DNA of 64,000 bases from IMG/VR virus record IMGVR_UViG_3300021400_000004, one strand, 5' to 3'. This document shows, in pieces, positions 59,771 to 64,000 of this stretch. This DNA comes from an uncultured virus (IMG/VR IMGVR_UViG_3300021400_000004). Taxonomy: Duplodnaviria; Heunggongvirae; Uroviricota; Caudoviricetes. Made by a program: the position numbers and the translations under genes. Below the pieces are notes generated by a model, which made no database searches, was not told the DNA's origin, and saw only the letters and a list, made by a program, of their open reading frames with translations. Position 1 is the stretch's first letter; every line of letters starts with the position of its first letter.

Positions 59771-60040
59771 TTATTCTCCTTTTATCTCTATATTTAATTT
59801 ATTTTTTTCATATTTTACATATTCTTTTGCTTGAATATCTTTTTTAGCCTTTTCAGCAAAAATTGTATTTCCATGTAACTCTACATCATTAATTTTGTAG
59901 GCTTCAGCCATAAACAAAATTTCATCAGCAAAATTTTTAAGACTTGTAAGTGATAAATCTATTGCATCTTTATTTTTTTCATCTAATACATATATTTTTT
60001 GTTTTGCATCAAAAGGTCTGATATAACTAACCAAAATCAT
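59771..60040 (-). CDS. Hypothetical protein
   Basis: 89 aa in operon. Confidence 0.6.
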   Translation of the reverse strand: MILVSYIRPFDAKQKIYVLDEKNKDAIDLSLTSLKNFADEILFMAEAYKINDVELHGNTIFAEKAKKDIQAKEYVKYEKNKLNIEIKGE

Positions 60041-60054
60041 AATGATCTCTCCTT

Positions 60055-60432
60055 TTATACATCACATTTGATGACTGCTTTATCATATGGGAAAAGATAA
60101 TAACAATAAGCTTCGCCATCTATCATAATCCATATTTCATAAGCTAAACCATCTTCCGTTTTGTCTATTCCTACAACCTCTCCTCTTTCTACGCAGCATA
60201 AAATAGTTTCTTTTGCGGCGGTCGCGCATGAAGTTGAATGTTTACCAATCTGAAAAATTGTATAATCTCGTTGTTCATGACAAAGCATCATAGCAAATTC
60301 TACTACATTATTTTCAAAGAAATCTTCTATAAGTTCTTGTTTGCGAGCAAGTTCCATATGAGTAAGAGGTTTCTCATATTTTTTAACCAATTCTTTATTA
60401 TAATCATATAAATTACCAGCGTTTATATCCAT
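60055..60432 (-). CDS. Hypothetical protein
   Basis: 125 aa, AAGGAG RBS, own promoter. Confidence 0.6.
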   Translation of the reverse strand: MDINAGNLYDYNKELVKKYEKPLTHMELARKQELIEDFFENNVVEFAMMLCHEQRDYTIFQIGKHSTSCATAAKETILCCVERGEVVGIDKTEDGLAYEIWIMIDGEAYCYYLFPYDKAVIKCDV

Positions 60433-60497
60433 TATTAATTCTCCTTAAAATTCTTATATAAATATTATAATAAAAATTTTAAAAAAAATCAAGGGAA

Positions 60498-62351
60498 TTA
60501 ATTCCCTTGATTAAATTTAATATGTTTAACTCTCATTTCAGTTTCTTGTATCTTACCTTTATTAAATGCTGTAAGATAATCACCTGTTAAATATCCTGTT
60601 ACTCTACGAAGTCTCTGAATATGATCGCTTCCACAATTAGGACAAACCTTGTCTAATTCTACCTCACCTTGGAAACCGCAATCTAAGCAAGTATCTGCTG
60701 GAACATTGATTGCAAAATAAGGTATATCATGATCCATCGCGTAGTTTACAATAGTTTCAAGAGCATCAAGATTTTGCTGCGCACCTGAATCAAGCTCTAT
60801 GTAAGTTATACAACCTGCAGAACTATATCCTGTAAGCTGAGATTCAATATCAATTTTTTCAAATGGATTAACATTAACCCATACTGGTACATGAATTGAA
60901 TTAGTGAAAAAGTCTTTATCTGATACGTGCGGGATGACGCCATATTTAGCCTTGAACTTGTCCATAGCAGTCTTACACAGGTTCTCCGCCGGAGTGTAGT
61001 AAACCCCAAAGTTAAGTTTATACTTCTTCTTAAAATCCGCACAGTTGTCTTTAAATAATTTTTCTATTTCTTTTGCAAGCTCCATACCTTCTGGTGTAGT
61101 ATGGTCTTTGCCTATAAGTATTTGTAAGGTTTCCGCAAGACCAATTTGACCAATAGCTAGAGTGCCATGCTTAAGCGCTGACCTAATTCCTTCTTCTGGC
61201 TTATATCCAATCATAGTTCCATTTTCATACATAAATTTTGCGGAAGATGGAGATTGCGAACAGATATAATCAAATCTTTCAATTAGCATATCTTTTGCTT
61301 CATGAATCTTATCATCAAGTAAGTCTAAGAAAGTTTCTACATAACTATATAAATTAACATTGTTACAATTTGATTCATCTATAATTGCTAAAGGCGTATA
61401 TTTATTTTCTTTATCCACTTTTTCTTTTGCTTCCATGGCTAAAGTCGGCATAATAATTGTTACAGGACAAATATTACCTCTACCATCTTTAGTCTGCGGG
61501 TTAACGCCTGGTTCAGCGTTGATGTCAGCCCCGTTCGCCGTTCTGCAACCCATCGTGGAAAAATAGGTCTTAGGGTCGTTACGATCATATCCTGCGTTCC
61601 CACTCCAATCAACATTAGCATAATTAGGATATAATCTTTTTGCTGTTGATTTTAATGCAAGCTTATATAAATCATAATTAGGTGTGCCTGGTCTGTCATT
61701 CACACCTTTCATATATTGAAAAATTCCACAAGGAAATATACTTGTTTTATGTAATTTACCTACTCCTTTAATACATCCTTCAAGAAGAGATTTTATAACC
61801 ATTCGTCCTTCTGGTAAAGTACAAGTACCATAATTTATTGAAGTGAATGGTAATTGGTTCCCAGACCTCGATTGAAGAGTATTAAGATTGTGATACATAC
61901 CTTCAACCGCTTGCTTGATTTCTTTAAGAGTCATATCCCAAGCATAATCATAAGCAGCTGACCATTCTCCATGATTACCATAGATAGGATCTTCAATAGA
62001 TGGATGTTCAGTAAAATAATATTTATCATCATTACTTATTAAATCTGCCATCTTTTGAAAATGTTCATCATCACCTCGTTCAGCTTCAATGTATTGCATC
62101 CCAATTTTCCAATGCTTAATAAAACTTTTTCTTACATAAGGAACCATTGTCCAATCTAAGTGTGTAGCAGAAACGCCACCAAACTGTTGTAAACTCTGTA
62201 ATTGAAAAATAACAGCAACTAATTGAAAAGCTGTATTAATACTATTTGCAGGACGAACATCAGTTTGTCTTGTATTAAATCCATTTGCAAGTAAATCATC
62301 AAAAGGTATTGATAGGCAATTATGCATACCAACCGCATATGAATCTAAATC
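60498..62351 (-). CDS. nrdD: Anaerobic ribonucleoside-triphosphate reductase, exon 2
   Basis: DLD...HNC, TMGCR, TPAENL, CxxC...CxxC and the RRVTGYL glycyl-radical motif. Confidence 0.92.
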   Translation of the reverse strand, partial: DLDSYAVGMHNCLSIPFDDLLANGFNTRQTDVRPANSINTAFQLVAVIFQLQSLQQFGGVSATHLDWTMVPYVRKSFIKHWKIGMQYIEAERGDDEHFQKMADLISNDDKYYFTEHPSIEDPIYGNHGEWSAAYDYAWDMTLKEIKQAVEGMYHNLNTLQSRSGNQLPFTSINYGTCTLPEGRMVIKSLLEGCIKGVGKLHKTSIFPCGIFQYMKGVNDRPGTPNYDLYKLALKSTAKRLYPNYANVDWSGNAGYDRNDPKTYFSTMGCRTANGADINAEPGVNPQTKDGRGNICPVTIIMPTLAMEAKEKVDKENKYTPLAIIDESNCNNVNLYSYVETFLDLLDDKIHEAKDMLIERFDYICSQSPSSAKFMYENGTMIGYKPEEGIRSALKHGTLAIGQIGLAETLQILIGKDHTTPEGMELAKEIEKLFKDNCADFKKKYKLNFGVYYTPAENLCKTAMDKFKAKYGVIPHVSDKDFFTNSIHVPVWVNVNPFEKIDIESQLTGYSSAGCITYIELDSGAQQNLDALETIVNYAMDHDIPYFAINVPADTCLDCGFQGEVELDKVCPNCGSDHIQRLRRVTGYLTGDYLTAFNKGKIQETEMRVKHIKFNQGN

Positions 62352-63443
62352 CGTTTACTCTTATATTTCTATAAGAACTGACTATCTCTTCATCCTATAT
62401 AATAGGATGCTATGCACTTCGAGTAGTGCTAATCTCTACTCTACGGGGCTACACTCATCACCCCTAGTCGATACACCTTTCTATTTTTAAAATTTCTAAT
62501 GTTTCTAACCATTTATGTTTATTATAAGTAGGTTTCCAAGTTTTTGCTATTATTTTATCTATAATAGTTCTTGAAATACTAAATTTTTCTTTACAATAAG
62601 ACCACAATTCAGTATGTCCTAAACAAGTATATTGTAATTCATTGTTTAAATAAATTTGATATTCATATGGACAAAGACTATTCATCATTTTTTCTTTAAC
62701 TTCTTTAGGCATTGGTTTTCCTAAATTTAAGTTTTTTATTCTTTCTAATTCAGCTTCAGTTTTTTGCCTTCCGCGATTAGCTTCTTTTAATTTTTCAATG
62801 TGTTCAGGAGTTAATTTTTTACCTAAATTTTTTTCTCTTATTTTTTGTTTAGTTTCTTCTGTGTGGTGTTTGCCATACATAGGATTTAATTTACCAACTC
62901 TTTTTTTAGCAGCTTCACTTATTTTACGACTTCTCTCTGGATCATCATATTTTCCAGTATTTCCTCCGCAGCCGCCTTCATGAAAGTTTGTTTTGCATTC
63001 TCCTTTTGCTTTATATTCAGCAATAAGTTTCTTTTCTAAATCCCATGCTTCTTGTTCAGTTAAATTATCAACAAGAATTTCAGAAGTAACATTTTCTTTT
63101 TCTTTATTAACTATGCTTTTAAAAAAATCATTTCTACTTTGTACTTTTTCTTTATATCTTTGTCCCTTGCCTTTTCCAATATGAAAAGTTTCATTAGTAT
63201 CTTTATAATACCATCTATAAACATAAAATTCTTTTTCCATGTTTTCTCCTTTCTAGGTAGAAAACATTCATTTTAAAAATAGACTTGGCTCGGTATTACC
63301 TTATCCTAGAAGGACTTAGGCTCTCTTACTCATATTGATATTACTATCTTCTGAACCGATAGCCAGATTAAATCTGACACCCCTTTTGCTTGGGTTCACA
63401 TAGTACACTAATATTGTTACCAATATTAGGCACAATTTAACTT
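62352..63443 (-). mobile_element. Group I intron in nrdD
   Basis: Exon ends CAU pairing with GUG (P1); AATACCGAGCCAAG, GTGTATCGACTA and GAAGAGATAGTC core; terminal G; splicing restores IYIH|DLD. Confidence 0.85.
62464..63240 (-). CDS. Intron-encoded GIY-YIG-type homing endonuclease with NUMOD3 repeats
   Basis: FYVY...FHIGKG..R; NPMYGKHHTEETKQKI repeats. Confidence 0.8.
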   Translation of the reverse strand: MEKEFYVYRWYYKDTNETFHIGKGKGQRYKEKVQSRNDFFKSIVNKEKENVTSEILVDNLTEQEAWDLEKKLIAEYKAKGECKTNFHEGGCGGNTGKYDDPERSRKISEAAKKRVGKLNPMYGKHHTEETKQKIREKNLGKKLTPEHIEKLKEANRGRQKTEAELERIKNLNLGKPMPKEVKEKMMNSLCPYEYQIYLNNELQYTCLGHTELWSYCKEKFSISRTIIDKIIAKTWKPTYNKHKWLETLEILKIERCID

Positions 63444-63935
63444 ATGAATATAAATTTCATTATTTAGATGATTCTCTTTAGACTTTTTACTCATACAATA
63501 GTCTAAAGCAAAATTTTTCATAATAACAGAATCTGCTTCACCCTTACGCCCGCCAAAACTATGCTCATCAACATTTGCATTTTGGTTATCAATAATTTCT
63601 CCTAATAATTTGCGTTTCATCTGTTGTGTAATTTCACTATTTAAGTTACGTTCTCTATTACGTTGTTCTCTATATAAAACATAAGCTTTAGCCACATCTT
63701 TTCTTTTTGTAGCCATAAGTCCTTTCTCAACCATATTTTGAATTTCTTCAACTGTATATGGTTCTTCAGTTTCTATTGCAGCTTCTTCAATAAAGTCTGC
63801 AATTTTTTCAGCTTTTTGTATTGCGTAATCAGATACGTCTCCATCAACAGAAACAAAAGCTTTAATGATAGCCTCCTCAATTTTATTTTTATTAAAATTA
63901 ACTTGTCTACCATCTCTTTTAATTATTTTTTCCAT
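63444..63935 (-). CDS. nrdD: NrdD exon 1 (ATP-cone); spliced product ~781 aa
   Basis: IIKRDGRQVNFNKNKI ATP-cone; NQNANVDE; GGAGG RBS. Confidence 0.9.
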
Positions 63936-64000
63936 ATCTTGTGCCTCCAATTATTTATAAATATTTTAGGAATACTATATATATGAAAAAAGTTACATTA

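Overview
A 64-kb segment of a large, AT-rich tailed phage. The host is probably an anaerobic Bacillota (AGGAGG RBSs, TTGACA/TGnTATAAT promoters, NrdD) and the tail is siphovirus-like (no sheath gene, ~2790-aa tape measure). Layout: 0-6 kb small accessory genes; 6.0-6.5 kb an origin-like repeat region; 6.9-20.7 kb an early/host-takeover-like region of short leftward genes, mostly with their own sigmaA promoters, plus one tRNA-Lys and two aberrant tRNA-like genes; 21.5-58.3 kb the rightward virion module (TerL split by a group I intron with an HNH ORF, portal, protease/scaffold, capsid, tail tube, tape measure, tail tip); 58.3-64 kb leftward RuvC-like resolvase, dUTPase and nrdD split by a second group I intron with a GIY-YIG ORF. 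The most striking unexplained structure is 14 same-orientation GC-rich hairpins, mostly ~1 kb apart, across 6.9-20.7 kb. Most are 37-39 nt with largely unrelated but complementary arms around a conserved RCG-N11-CGY core, and several start at the predicted +1 of a dedicated antisense-facing sigmaA promoter. This is a candidate array of small structured RNAs or DNA hairpin sites. Also notable: a duplicated cassette (winged-helix gene + anticodon-defective tRNA-like RNA), a dispersed 44-bp site, hairpin-split Shine-Dalgarno leaders and a phage-specific promoter motif. All product calls come from motifs and synteny read by eye; no searches were run.
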